Source: Octopus sinensis (taxonomy: Eukaryota). From it: 64,000 nt of DNA. Made by a program: the position numbers and the translations under genes. Shown here one piece after another: positions 26,720-39,477 of the stretch; position 1 is the first letter of the stretch, and each line of letters opens with the position of its first letter. The DNA is taken from contig NC_043008.1 of the NCBI RefSeq assembly GCF_006345805.1, positions 3,844,001 to 3,908,000 of the forward strand, read 5' to 3'. A model generated the notes under the pieces. That model had not been told where the DNA came from and made no database searches. It was given only the letters and a program-made list of their open reading frames with translations.

Positions 26720-27200
26720 AACAGCTGGTTCTCGTCAACCGATTTTCGTTGCAGATCAGGAGGAAATTCGGTGCGTACAGACATGATTACTCTTTTACCA
26801 ATAAGTGGAAGCAGCAGAATAGCAGTAATGTTTGTGGGGCAGACCCTTCTGTTCTGGAATGGGAGTCAATGTGGTTTATGTTCGGTTTGGTTTTTGATGT
26901 TCAGATTTCAAGTTAGGAGGGAGTTTCATTTGTATTCAGTTATGGAGAAGGAAGGATATGGTTAAGTGCTTAGAGCGAGCCCTAGAAACTACGCAACTGC
27001 AGGAATGATGAGAGGGTGTCACGCAGATGGGTTTGCATGTCTAGGTGGTGCAGGTATGGAATAAACTAGACCAGACGATGCGAATTCTGTGTGATCATTT
27101 ACTAGAGAGTGAAACCAGAAACAGCATGTCATTAAGCAAGTGGTTGGTTGTGGGCGTTGGTGAATGAATAATTGCCAACGAGTTGAATGGTCTTTTTTGG
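26720..27200 (-). mobile_element. Possible decayed Penelope-like RT C-terminal region
   Basis: Minus frames give ..RDTLSSF..LNHILPSFSITEYK*NSL..NLNIK, resembling YVDDTF..LNSLHPSLKFTxExExNNSLPFLD; heavily mutated. Confidence 0.35.
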
Positions 27201-27426
27201 ACGCTAAACAGCGTCAACAATATTAACAACTAGGGAGGACCATACTTCCAGTATCGGATCGACGATACTGTAAATAATCAATAATACATTTTTAATGAAT
27301 AAACGATGTTGAAATATGCATTTGTCCTTGTAATAATTTAATAATTTGATCACTGCTAATTAGTGTTAAAAAGTAAATCAATATAGTAGTGGTGTCGGTA
27401 AAATAAAAAAGTTAATTTTTTATCTA

Positions 27427-27866
27427 TTGGGTTAGCAACTAAGTTTCCGCCGTTTTCTCTGCCAGTTCCTTTGTTGTTTGACGAGAATTTTGGTGCAAAA
27501 GTTGGTTTAATCGCTCTTCATTGAACTCAACTGGACGGCCAGAATGCGGTGCGTCTTTGAGGTCAAACTTTCCGTTTTTTAACTTGGCATACCAATCACG
27601 AGCGGTTCTTTCAGCTATCGTACCCTCTCCATACACACTACAAATATCGCGAGCAGCTTTTGCGGCCTTAGAACCTCGATTAAAAGCAAAAAGAAGGTAT
27701 CGAAAATTCTCGTTTTTCTTAACTTGACATTCCATTTTAATGATCTGCAAATAAACAAAAATTAACTAAAAGTAACTAGAAAAAAATAGATTCAAAAATA
27801 GAATTCTCGGAAAAAACAGATTCCAAAATTTAAGAAAAGACGGTGGTAACTAAGTTGCCAACCCAA
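27427..27866 (-). mobile_element. Internally deleted mariner (440 bp) with both TIRs and TA target duplication
   Basis: Left TA|TTGGGTTAGCAACTAAGTTTCCGCCGT; right ACGGTGGTAACTAAGTTGCCAACCCAA|TA. TIR resembles the TTGGGTTGGCAACTAAG type of mellifera-like mariners. Confidence 0.93.
27439..27735 (-). CDS. Truncated mariner transposase, N-terminal HTH DNA-binding domain only (98 aa)
   Basis: MECQVKKNENFRYLLFAFNRGSKAAKAARDICSVYGEGTIAERTARDWYAKLKNGKFDLKDAPHSGRPVEF...; uninterrupted, with the TAG stop inside the 3' TIR. Expression unknown. Confidence 0.7.
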   Translation of the reverse strand: MECQVKKNENFRYLLFAFNRGSKAAKAARDICSVYGEGTIAERTARDWYAKLKNGKFDLKDAPHSGRPVEFNEERLNQLLHQNSRQTTKELAEKTAET

Positions 27867-28483
27867 TATTATTTCACGGCCAGTACTTGTCATGACCGAA
27901 TGTTTTGTCGATAAGACAATGTTCTAGTGTCGACAGAGCACAACAGTTAAGCTGTGTTTATGGCATCACCTGGCTGACCATAAATTATGAGGTTTAGACT
28001 ATTGAGTCACTTTGTGTTGATCATAACCAGGGGATACGAGATACACACAGACCAGATTGTTTCTGCTATGTCTATACAGAAACTGATTCTATGCTACTGT
28101 AAAAAAGGAGGCTTAGCATTTTTCCATTGAAAGATGATTTTGAGATTTAAGTTCGTGAACGAATTGCAGTTACCTCATGATATGCTTATGTATTTATAAA
28201 AGGAAGAAACGACTACTCTCAGAATAACAGCTAAAGACGAAAAATGCACTTCATACTTTTTCAGTTTTTTTTTTTGAATCAGTATTCAGCACTTTTTCCC
28301 CCTTTTTTTATTTGCCTCGATTCTTACACTGAACTAGTTATGGTAAGTGTCAATAGAACTCTGGGTAACAACGCTGATAAGAGACAATGTCCGGAAATAT
28401 ATTTACCAGAGTATTTATTACCATTTCAACAAAAGGCTGAATCCACAAAGAACACAATTCTACATTTTAAACGGCTCTTCTTT

Positions 28484-28517
<34 letters not shown>

Positions 28518-29324
28518 GCGTGTAAAAGTAAGTTGTGTAGTACATTGAATACAGTCTTCCGGATTCAGTAAGATATATGATATTTCATGGTACTGTAATT
28601 TTACATTTAAAAATTGCCAGGGGGTTCGACTTGATTATATACACATGTGGTGGATAAGTAGAAGTAGACAAGTTGTTACAACTGTTCTGTAAGTAAACAA
28701 GATTCAAACTGTTAGCATGAACAATTTGAAATTTTCTTCCAACATCTACCGTGTTAAGTTTATAATATACGAAATAGACGAATAACATTTACATTTTAAT
28801 AGTGTTGTTAATTAGCATTTAATATAGCAAGTTGATCACGGAACTAAAATATCAACAGAGGAGAATTAAAAGCAAATAATTACTTAATTAAAATAATTAC
28901 ATGCGGTTAGTAAACATTAAAGCAGTTATATGTGTGTGTAGGGGTTTGTGTATGTATATATATATATATATATATATATTTACATATAAGAGAACAAAGT
29001 GTACGTACGCCGCTAATATTATATATATATATGAGAATATCTTTTATTGCGTAGAATCTTTCGACACTGAAATATCTTCCAAACTATTACGTAATACTTT
29101 GTATAGATTTTATCAACGCATCGAAGTATCTTGTATGTTGTTATATCGGTTTCAATATAGATGTTGGAAAAATTACAAAGATGACCAAAGACACCAACGT
29201 ACTAAAACACAACCCAACACTCAACAGGTAGCTATATTATTTATAGTGTCATGAGTTAAGTAACAATTTTTCAAACTCAGCTCGAGTTCAGCAAAGTAGT
29301 GGAAACTATTTATCAGGCCATACT

Positions 29325-29720
29325 TTTTCGCCACTCTCTATTTTTGGGGAGGGTTGTGGGGTAGAGTGCTCGGTCCCCTCTGCCACAAGATCCTATCGGA
29401 ATCAGCTGTCATTAGACTCTCTTGCTGGACTCTCTAGCGTCCAGCTGAGACTATGAAAATTATCTGACCATCTCGCTCTATTCATTGGTTTGGCTTGAGG
29501 AATCAGTCTTGTAATCGTTTCTTGTGGCATTCTAAGCACATGTCCGTAGTACCGGAACTGTGACATATATTATCCAATGCACTTTACTTTAAAAATATTT
29601 ACATGTCTATCTTCCAGTAGCAATGGAATATCATTGCTGATAGCTTGTCTAATCGGGGATGTTATCATTGTTGACACTTATCTTTGTTCACCTGATTCGA
29701 CTTGGGTGAAACTTTTCGAA
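29325..29720 (-). mobile_element. RTE-clade LINE 3' end relic
   Basis: IRQAISNDIPLLLE...SQFRYYGHVLRMPQETITRLIPQAKP..RARWSD..LSW...PQPSQK, matching RTE/Expander C-termini. Confidence 0.7.
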
Positions 29721-29779
29721 AAATTTCAGACTTAATTATGTCTCGCTGGCTATAATTAATATTCTGTCTGGCTGATTAT

Positions 29780-29925
<146 letters not shown>

Positions 29926-30103
29926 ATACGTGCGTGTTCAGAAACAGTTATATAAACAGAAGTAATGCGAGTGATAGACAGAGAAAGAGATAAGAATTAC
30001 AGAAAGAAAGAGAGGGAGAGAAGCATTTCACTTCTGCTACTGTTAACCTCTCTCTCTCTCTTTCTTCATCTCTTCCTATCTCTCTCTCTCCTCTCTCTCT
30101 CTT

Positions 30104-30141
<38 letters not shown>

Positions 30142-32668
30142 TCTGTGGCTTAATCAACTCCTACGTTACAAAAACAAAATTGAATAAACTAACACACTGC
30201 AAATTATTATAAGTGATATTCGTGTGAAATTTTGATTTGCGGTATCAACTGTTTCATTGTTTTGTTGACGTTATTTTCATTTTAACTTCACTGATTACCT
30301 AAGTTATATAAAGAATTCGATTACCAAATAGTTTCGAAAAAACATTTGTTACAGCCGGTTAATTTCCAGTACCAATTTTCATGTTTTATTGAATCTTAAT
30401 CCTTGAATTTGACCTTGTTAATCACCCTCTAAAAATGTTGCTGTTTGTTTTCCCTTTAAATTTTACTTGTGCGACACTTTGTTCTATTTTATACAAATGT
30501 CCTATTTTGATCTTTCTCTTAATTTGTTATTATCGTCTTTTATCTTTTATCTGACCGAATGGTTTGCTTGATACTTCCACCTCCTGAATAACACAATGGA
30601 TCGTTTTATAAAAACGAAAAGCGCTTTAGAAATAGCCTGATTGTATATTATTGAGATACTATGAGACGCTACTTGGTGCGTTTGTTTGGCTATGTGAGTG
30701 CGAGATATTTCTTCCACATTGTGCTCGTGTGCCGCAAGGTCCTTGATGATTGCAGCTATTGTTAGAATTACTTGTAAAACAAGCAAAAGACCAACAATTC
30801 GAGGAAAAAATTATTGTCAATTAAATCAACTTCAGCACAACACTGGTTTATTGAAAGATGCCAGATAAAGTTTTTGTGGCTGTAGATGATGTTAAACTAC
30901 AGATAAAGTCTCAACTAGCTAACCAATGGCCAACAACATCCCAGCCATAACCAACACGACTTTTCGTATGTCTACAACCATATTTCCATTCACCGTTTCC
31001 GTTTTTGAAAATGGAACTGTGGGATTTTAAGGAAATTTGTCAATGGTATTTCTAGGAGGTAGTACTTCCCCGTAGATTTTCCCAGGCAAATTGACTTCAT
31101 TAACATTTGAACTCTATGCAAATTGCCGAAAGTAAATATTGCAATGTCTTTTTTTTTTATTTTTCTGGCATTCTACCAATTCTACCATCTACCTTCATTT
31201 AGAATTAATGTAAGTGGATAGTTACAACATACATTATGTATGTATGTTATATTTATCTGTGGATCTGTGTGTGTGTGTGTGCATATGCATATGTATTTAT
31301 ATATATGTGTGTGTGTGTACATACATATATGCATGCATACATACATACATACATACATACATACATACATACATACATACATACATACATACATACATAC
31401 ATACATACATAGTACATACATGCAACATAAATTCGCACAATTTTTCTATACCGAATTCTTGTCACAAAGCATTAGCTGGCCGAGTTTCTTGGTGGAATCT
31501 TATTCAGAACCACTGAATTGATAACGAACTTCTTAACAAGAGAGCACAGATTCACCATTCGACAGAACTAGACACCTACGACAATAAAACCAGTCAGGAT
31601 CTATTGCTTAGTGATAAATATGTGGACTTGTGCCGTTGTAACTTAAACATTGCTGTCTGGTCTGGGTCTTAAGGATTCCATTAGTTTTGCTCCAGTGTTC
31701 TGAGTTTAATCTCAAAATGTTATACCGTTAAAAGAAATTGCATTCAGGACATATTGGGTTGTAACTTTTGCACAAGATCAATGTAATGCACGGATGCCTT
31801 TTATTAACTCCTCATTGCTCTTAATCTATGAATGCAGTAGGGCCGAATGATGAAGGAATTCGCTTCGCAGTTACGAGGTTTCTAGTTCAATTCGTCTGCG
31901 GGGTATGTTGGGCTTGTGTATTTTGTTGTAAACTGCTTTCGAGCCAAGATAAGCTGGGTAGACGGTAACTGTTTGGAAGAATCTTGGATGGATTACACTT
32001 GTAACTTAAAAGTCTGGCCAATTCCTGCTGCTTTGTAGTCATTCCGCCCGAGAACTATTTTATGAATATTCGTGTCTGTGGAATTTTCAGCCTTTTGCAC
32101 ACTAATTCAATGACTAGGTAGTTCCAGTCATCGAACTAAGGATATTCATTGCCGAAAGAAGCGAGGATATGTTAACTATTCTCCCTGTCAACAGTAATCG
32201 AAATACCAGATTTTTCCTTTCCGTGCGACAAAACGATTTAGTTCACTTTTGTTTTGTTCATATTAAATGTTAATGCAGTCCAAAGTATAATTTATATTTT
32301 GAATGGCCCCTAATTCATTGCAAGCACTTTGGTTTATTGGAACCGTACAGAGAAAGTAATTGTTTTATCGACACTAGTACGTTCCCAGGTATTTGTTATA
32401 TCGGCTGCACTAGAATAAAAATCAAAATCCTTCAGCACAGGCTTTTGCTCTGAGAACGCAAAGTACCTAAATATCACAAAGCGCTTATAAGACTATATTC
32501 TAAACGTCCTATCACTCACCCTCCCATTTATGTGTGCTAAACATATGAATCGAATTCTCAAATACGAATCTTACTTTAAAAGCCAAATGCAGTGAAATTA
32601 CTATTGCTTTTCTTTTTCAGAATATGAATAGGGGAAACAAAATTATATGTGTGTGTGTTTGTGACTCT

Positions 32669-32745
<77 letters not shown>

Positions 32746-34299
32746 TGTGTGTGTATACCTACATGTGTGTATGTATGTACGCATGTATGTATTATGTATG
32801 CAGCTTACCTTGAATTCTTCAAGATGAAACAAAAGAATTCAGCTGAATAAATTAACAATAGAAAACTAAGTTTCAAGTAGAGTTAATAACCATGAAAACA
32901 CGCAAATTACACTTGTTATGCTTGATAGCACAATATCTGGGTATCGATTTCCTTAAAAGATACTTTCAAGAAAAAAAGATGGCTGAAAGTAGAAATTATA
33001 CGAAAAAAAAAATACGAATTGGAGCTTTAAAAAATAACTGAAAGAATTTCATGAAAGACGGAAAGAAAATAGGGGAGAGTTTACAGTTTACATTCATACA
33101 TACATACATACATACATACATACATACATACATACATACATACACACACATACATACATACATACATACATACATACATACATACATACACACATACATA
33201 CATACATACACACATACATACACACATATATTTGTATATGTGTACATACATAGCTATATGTATACATATACAGAGGGAGAGAGAGAGAGAAATACATACG
33301 GACAAATATATGCATTATAGTTATATATACATAGTTATATATATATATATAAATGCATGTATGTACGTACATAATGTTCTTGGTTTGCTCCTGATAAATC
33401 TTGTGCCAGAAAATATAAGAATAAAAGCACTCAAATGTCATCCAGTTCATCGTTCAAAAAAGAATTCTGCAAATATATCGCATACAGCATGGCATGTCCT
33501 TCATCAACTGACTGCTATAGATCACAATGGTTTCGGCCTCTTCCAACAACAGATCAATGATTCATTCATAGTATTGCGGCCCTGACTGCCTTTGCCTTTG
33601 TAAAGATATTTCTAGAATTACACGACGCAATGTTTTCTTTCTTGTAAACGATATGGTGTGATTTGAAGATGTTCCTTTAATTTCTATATGATCCGACGGC
33701 CATCAAGTGGGTCCATGTCAGCTGATGTTGATAGCTGTAGAAATGTCTGTGTTATAGTGTTGTTGCTTTTTCTCTTCGATTTCCTTTTTATCTATCTAAC
33801 CTACGGTCCAAGCCTTTCCTGTCGTAGACACTCCATCGTTTTACATATATATACACATACATACAAATGTGTGTGTTTGTGTTTTATGTATGTATATATA
33901 TATGTGTATGTGTTTGTGTGTGTATACATATGTATAATATGTATATTACATGTATGCATATATATATATATATATATAATTATATATATAATATATATAT
34001 AATATATATATATATGTATATATATGTATGCATATATGTATATGTATGGATATATATATGCATATATATATACGTATGCATATATAAATGTATCTATGTG
34101 TACGTATATATGTATGTGTGTGTGTGGGGGGGGGTGTAGTGTGGTAAAGCTTCAGCAAGTAGAATAGCAGTTGATCAGCTGAGAGAGTAAAGAAATTGTG
34201 ATAATGAAAACCACAAGCCTTGTGAAATGGAGCTATCTAGCGTTTCATAGCCGAAACAACAATTCATTTTAGCATTTATGAAGCTGAGGACGAGACCGT

Positions 34300-35075
34300 T
34301 TGTGACTTGCGTTCAAAACAGATAACGTTTGAACAGGGAACGCTCAAACGGAAGAAGGCAGAAAGAAACAGAAATAAACACAGAGGGGAGATAACCTACG
34401 TTGCAGCAACACGCCGAAACCCGTAAACAAGATATGAATGTTTTACGATGTGTCTGGTGGGCATTCGTTAAATTTCGCCGGGAAGCATTTCTTGAATTGC
34501 GGACGGTGGAGGTCCTTCATTTCTTTTAGGAAACATAGTTTCTCACGTGAACATATTGAACATCTTTTTGGCTCATTAGTATAGGGTTTTGTTTTGGAAA
34601 GGATTTTCCATTTAATGCCATAGTTGATCCCTTCTTCTTTAAGTATGCAGATTAAAACCGAGAGCGTTGTTCAATGTCTCTTCTCACGGTGTCTAAAAGT
34701 CGGAAGACGGTCGTTGTTATTTTCCTTCCTCTGGTCCGATATAACCCTTGATTTCGGTTCGGACAATTTCATAGTTTGCTGGGAGATATATTACATTTCT
34801 GTCCGCTCTTGAGGACATTTAGACTTGTCTCTACACGTGCATCCACGGCAGATTTAAGTCGTCGGTGGTTTATTAATATAAGCTTTTATATTAGGAGGGG
34901 ACAAGAGAAAGTAATTTTAATCGTGTGGATAAAGCCCTGCCTCCTCGAAATAGTGGACAAAGGCCTGGCTGCCGAAACAGGAATCTTTTCTCTTACTATT
35001 GTGTCAGAGCAAGTCATCTAAGAAAGGGTATCGAAGAGACAGGCAAGAATATGAGATGTGAATACTTATGCATTG
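34300..35075 (-). mobile_element. Penelope-like element relic: linker, GIY-YIG endonuclease and 3' UTR
   Basis: HTIKITFSCP/NIKAYINK; CTCRDKSKCPQ; GYIG; TFRHREKR.TTLSVLICILKEEGINYGIKWKILSKTKPYTNEPKRCSICSREKLCFL. This is a typical PLE endonuclease C-terminus with frameshifts. Confidence 0.8.
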
Positions 35076-35563
35076 GTTCCTTCCTTGCCATTCTCTTCTT
35101 TTACCTTCGCCACTTCCTTCATCTCCCCCCCCCCCCATCGTCACCTTCTCTTTCCCCTCCGTTTTCCACAAACAATGCACCCGGCTGAGATAGAATTAAC
35201 TACATGGACATTGAAACGGAACCCCCCAATGGTTGCAATTATGGATAGGAAAGATGAAATAGTCATAGCAACACGAGCTGCGATGTTTTGGTTGTTGTTG
35301 ATACAACGGAAACAGCTGCAGATAGATAGATAGATAGATAGATATAAAGATATAGATAGATATAGATATAAAGGCTTCTTGCATTTGAAAGTGGAAAAAA
35401 TATATAAACATATAGATTTACAGTTATAAGAATTAAATTAGTCATGTTTGTTTACTGTTTTTCTATTTATTTTATTTTCCTTGCTACTTGGTTCCCTTAT
35501 TTCATATATGTGTGTGGCGCGTGTGTGTGTGTGTGCGTATGTAATATGTAGCTGTATATATAT

Positions 35564-35615
<52 letters not shown>

Positions 35616-36606
35616 GTGTGTGTGTGTGTATGTATGTATATGTATATATATATTATATGTATGTACACACACACACATACGTTTGCGTGTTTACAGAGAA
35701 ATATAAGTATATGTTTCTATGTGTATGTTTGTGCGTATATAGAGGTGTACATATATATACGCATATATATATATATAGTATATATATATATATATGCGCA
35801 TATACATGTGTGTGAGTGTGTGTGTATATATATTCTAGTCTTCCCTTGTCTTACCTCTAGCAAGCTATGTTATTAAAGAAGCAACGGAACATTATTAGAA
35901 AATAGCAAACTGTGTTGAACTTGTTGAAAAAAGAAAGTTGAGTTAACATCAACAAAGTACAGTAGGTATCCATTAGTATTTGCTCTGAAGTTTCATCTCA
36001 TCGTTTTTCTCAGCTTATCTACCCTGGGACATAGCACTGCGCGATAATTTCTTGAAACAACTGTCATATTAACGCAATAGGCGTTTAACAAACAGATCAC
36101 TCACGGCCGCCTGTCCCTAAACTCCACATTCTAACACTGAACGAACGCTACTAATGTCAGAGAATTTCTCAAACGAGCAACAAGCAACAGAGTTGTTGGC
36201 TATCTGCCAGGGCTAATGGAGGAACGTAGTGTCTCCAAGGCATTACCTGAATCTTGCTGTTTTTGAAAGTTTTTCTACCGACTACTGCCTGAGAAAACGA
36301 ACTTCGCTGTTACAATTACACTTAAGCACGCACACACAAGACTTCTGCTGGTATTCATTATTTAGATGAACACGCACACAAACACACACACACACACACA
36401 CACACACTTATACTGTTTATATTGGTGTTTGTGTATGTGTGCTTATATATTATGTATATGATATATATTTGCACACTCATATACACATATACACACAAAC
36501 ACAGACACGCACATACACACACACACACACTCAGACATACAGAGGCATAATTGTACAGGCATATATGTACGTGTGTATACGTATATGTATATGTATTTTA
36601 TACAAA

Positions 36607-36720
36607 GAAGAAGAAGAAGAAGAAGAAGAAGAAGAAGAAGAAGAAGAAGAAGAAGAAGAAGAAGAAGAAGAAGAAGAAGAAGAAAAACAACAACAACAAC
36701 AACAACAGTAGCAGCAGCAG
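36607..36720. repeat. (GAA)26 followed by (CAA)n and (CAG)n
   Basis: Pure GAA at 36607-36684, then in-register CAA and CAG units. Confidence 0.95.
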
Positions 36721-36935
36721 TAGCGATGTTAATGACACAGAAATACCAAAAGTAGAAAAAAACGCGAAAAATGTCTAAAATGTACTCCATACTACAAGTA
36801 GACACTGAAGTCAAATAATCAATGATGTTGAACAACATCAGGAATACCATTCAGCTCCCGAATTATTCAACAATATTATCCTTAGAAGACTGTAATATCC
36901 ATTGCTCTTGTTACTCAACGTCACTGTGTAAATAT

Positions 36936-36968
<33 letters not shown>

Positions 36969-37360
36969 AGTGCATATACATATGTAAGTGCAGTCTCTTA
37001 AGATGACAGTATTTATTAAGGTCGTTCAATTTTTTGAAAAGATCGATCGACCGATTGAGTAAACAGAACTATGAACGCACCTATAATGCACACCAGAAAC
37101 AGCTGAATGTCTACGATGCGTAGATAAATGAATATGTAGAAGCCATTATTTATTCCTTTTCTTGTATAACAGTCCGTGAAAAATCCTGTGTTAATTGGGG
37201 AATGCAATATTGGATTTACAAAGTCGACTGGTGAAGGACTTCAACTTTGTATCTTGCCTTAGGATTACTTGGAGTTCTATACCAGTCTGAGAAGGCTTGT
37301 GTAGCCCTGGGTAGTCGCATTAACAGAGGGCCTGAGAAGTATTTTGCCTGAGAAATATTT

Positions 37361-37446
37361 TTGAGCATCTTAGGCAATAGCCTCGGGCCGACCAAGACCT
37401 TCTGAGTGGAAATACGAGACGGAAACTGAAAGAAGCCCATCGTCTA
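37361..37446 (+). mobile_element. SINE family A core fragment
   Basis: AGCCTCGGGCCGACCAAGACCTTCTGAGTGGAAATACGAGACGGAAACTGAAAGAAGCCCATCG followed by (TG)n. Confidence 0.8.
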
Positions 37447-37448
37447 CA

Positions 37449-37490
<42 letters not shown>

Positions 37491-37492
<2 letters not shown>

Positions 37493-37703
37493 CTTTGTAC
37501 TTTACTCTTTTACTTGTTTCAGTCATTTGGCTGCGGCCATGCTGGAGCACAGCCTTTAGTCAAAGAAATCGAGCCCAGAACTTATTCTTTGTAAGACTAG
37601 TACTTATTCTATCGGTCTCTTTTGCCAAACCGCTAAGTTACGGGGACGCAAACACACCAACACTGGTTGTCAAGCGGTGGTGGGGCCCAACATAAACACA
37701 AAG

Positions 37704-37735
<32 letters not shown>

Positions 37736-37947
37736 ACACAGACACTCACACACAGACACTCACACACATACACATATAGGTATATATACGACGGGCTTCT
37801 TCCAGTTTCCGTCTACCAAATCCGCTCACACGTATTTGGTCGGCCCAAGGCTATTGCAGAAGACACTTGCTCAAGATGCCACACATTGGCACTGAACTCG
37901 AAACCACGCGGTTAGGAACTTAGCTTCTTAACACATAGCTACGCCTG
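37491..37947 (-). mobile_element. Near full-length SINE family A with expanded internal (CA)n
   Basis: Colinear with 6758-7129 and 7287-7654. Confidence 0.9.
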
Positions 37948-38255
37948 TATGTATGTGTGTTTGTGCGTGCGTCTGAGTGTGTATGTGTGTGTGTGTGTGT
38001 ATGTGTATGTGTACGTGTGTGTGTGTGTGTGTGTGTGAGTGTTTGTATGCTTATGTGCGCGCACACTCTGACTAACGTAAGACTCTGCTTTTGGAACAAG
38101 GATGGAGCAGTAAGCTAACTAGTGATGTGGGGACCAACTCAAGGAAAGCGACCTAGGGACATTTATTGATCAATTGATCGAAGCCTCCGGTCTCTTTGTA
38201 AGAGCGACTTAGAAAGTGTAATGAATGGGAAAGAAGTTTGAAGTCAACGGTGGTG

Positions 38256-38317
<62 letters not shown>

Positions 38318-38460
38318 ATGTAGGTAGCTGAAGATTTTTCTTTTAACCAGATGATATTATAAGAAGAATAAGAAAATTCGTTAACGTCAATGATATTTAT
38401 TTCTTACAAAGAGCAAACATGAAATTTCCCTAACTTTCAGTCAACCGAAGTACTACTACT

Positions 38461-38506
38461 AGTAATAATAATAATAATAGTAATAATAATAATAATAGTA
38501 ATAATA

Positions 38507-38567
<61 letters not shown>

Positions 38568-38650
38568 TATTATTATTATTATCATTATTATTATTATTAT
38601 TATCATTATTATTATTATTATCATTATTATTATTATTACTATTATTATTA
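38461..38650. repeat. (AAT)n switching to (ATT)n
   Basis: Read directly; strand switch at about 38508. Confidence 0.9.
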
Positions 38651-38858
38651 AAGCGGTGATCTGGCAGAATCGTTAGCACGCTGGGCGAAATACTTCGCGG
38701 CCTTTTGCCCGTCGCTACGTTCTGAGTTCAAATTCCTCCGAGATCGACTTTACCTTTCATCCTTTCCGGATCGATAAATTAAGTACCAGTGAAATAGTGA
38801 GGTCGATATATAGCTCTCTCCTTCAAAATTTCTGGCCTTGTGCCTTTAGTAGAAAATA
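38651..38858 (+). mobile_element. Full-length SINE family B within (ATT)n
   Basis: AAGCGGTGATCTGGCAGAATCG...GAGTTCAAATTCC...GGCCTTGTGCC...(ATT)n tail; (ATT)n also upstream. Confidence 0.88.
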
Positions 38859-39404
38859 TTATTATTATTATTATAATGATATAAAATAGAAACTAGATAA
38901 AATTATGCTAATGTAGTGTGAGTCTGAACGTGGACAACTGATAAACTTTCAATTTTATTAAATTTCCACAGCTATGAGTAAAGAAACAAAAATTTATTTA
39001 ATCACCAAACAGCTAAGAGACTTTATAGTGCTAGCAGATAGAACATTTACTGATTAGGCAATTTTTAACTAATGACACAGGAAAATATCCCAAGGGTGTC
39101 TTCGGCAGTCAGCTGCACTTGACTTGGTGAACAGAATTCATTTTTAATCGATTGAAATTTAATAAATCCAGAGAGAAGAAAGTTCAGTAGCGATAATGAA
39201 AGTTCATTAATTATTATCAAATATTCACTCCTTATTGCAAGGTAAACTAATCGACATAGATATGGCCAAGTTCCAAGTGTGTGCTTGTGTGTACGTGTGA
39301 GTGTGCATGTACGTATGTCGGTGTGTCTGTATGTGTTGCCACCACTCGTGATAATAAGAGTAATAAAGAGAAAGTGTATGTATGCGTACACAAACACTCA
39401 TATG

Positions 39405-39477
<73 letters not shown>

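Noticed and set aside
34272-34428. About 50-codon plus-strand open frame (IYEAEDETVCDLRSKQ...) after a TTTTAG
   Set aside because: It is the antisense of the Penelope-like 3' UTR; no donor site and no homology recognised.
36439-36850. PolyE/polyQ, polyK, polyR and polyL ORFs
   Set aside because: All are translations of the (GAA)n(CAA)n(CAG)n tract flanked by TA/CA repeats; no complex coding sequence or splice context.
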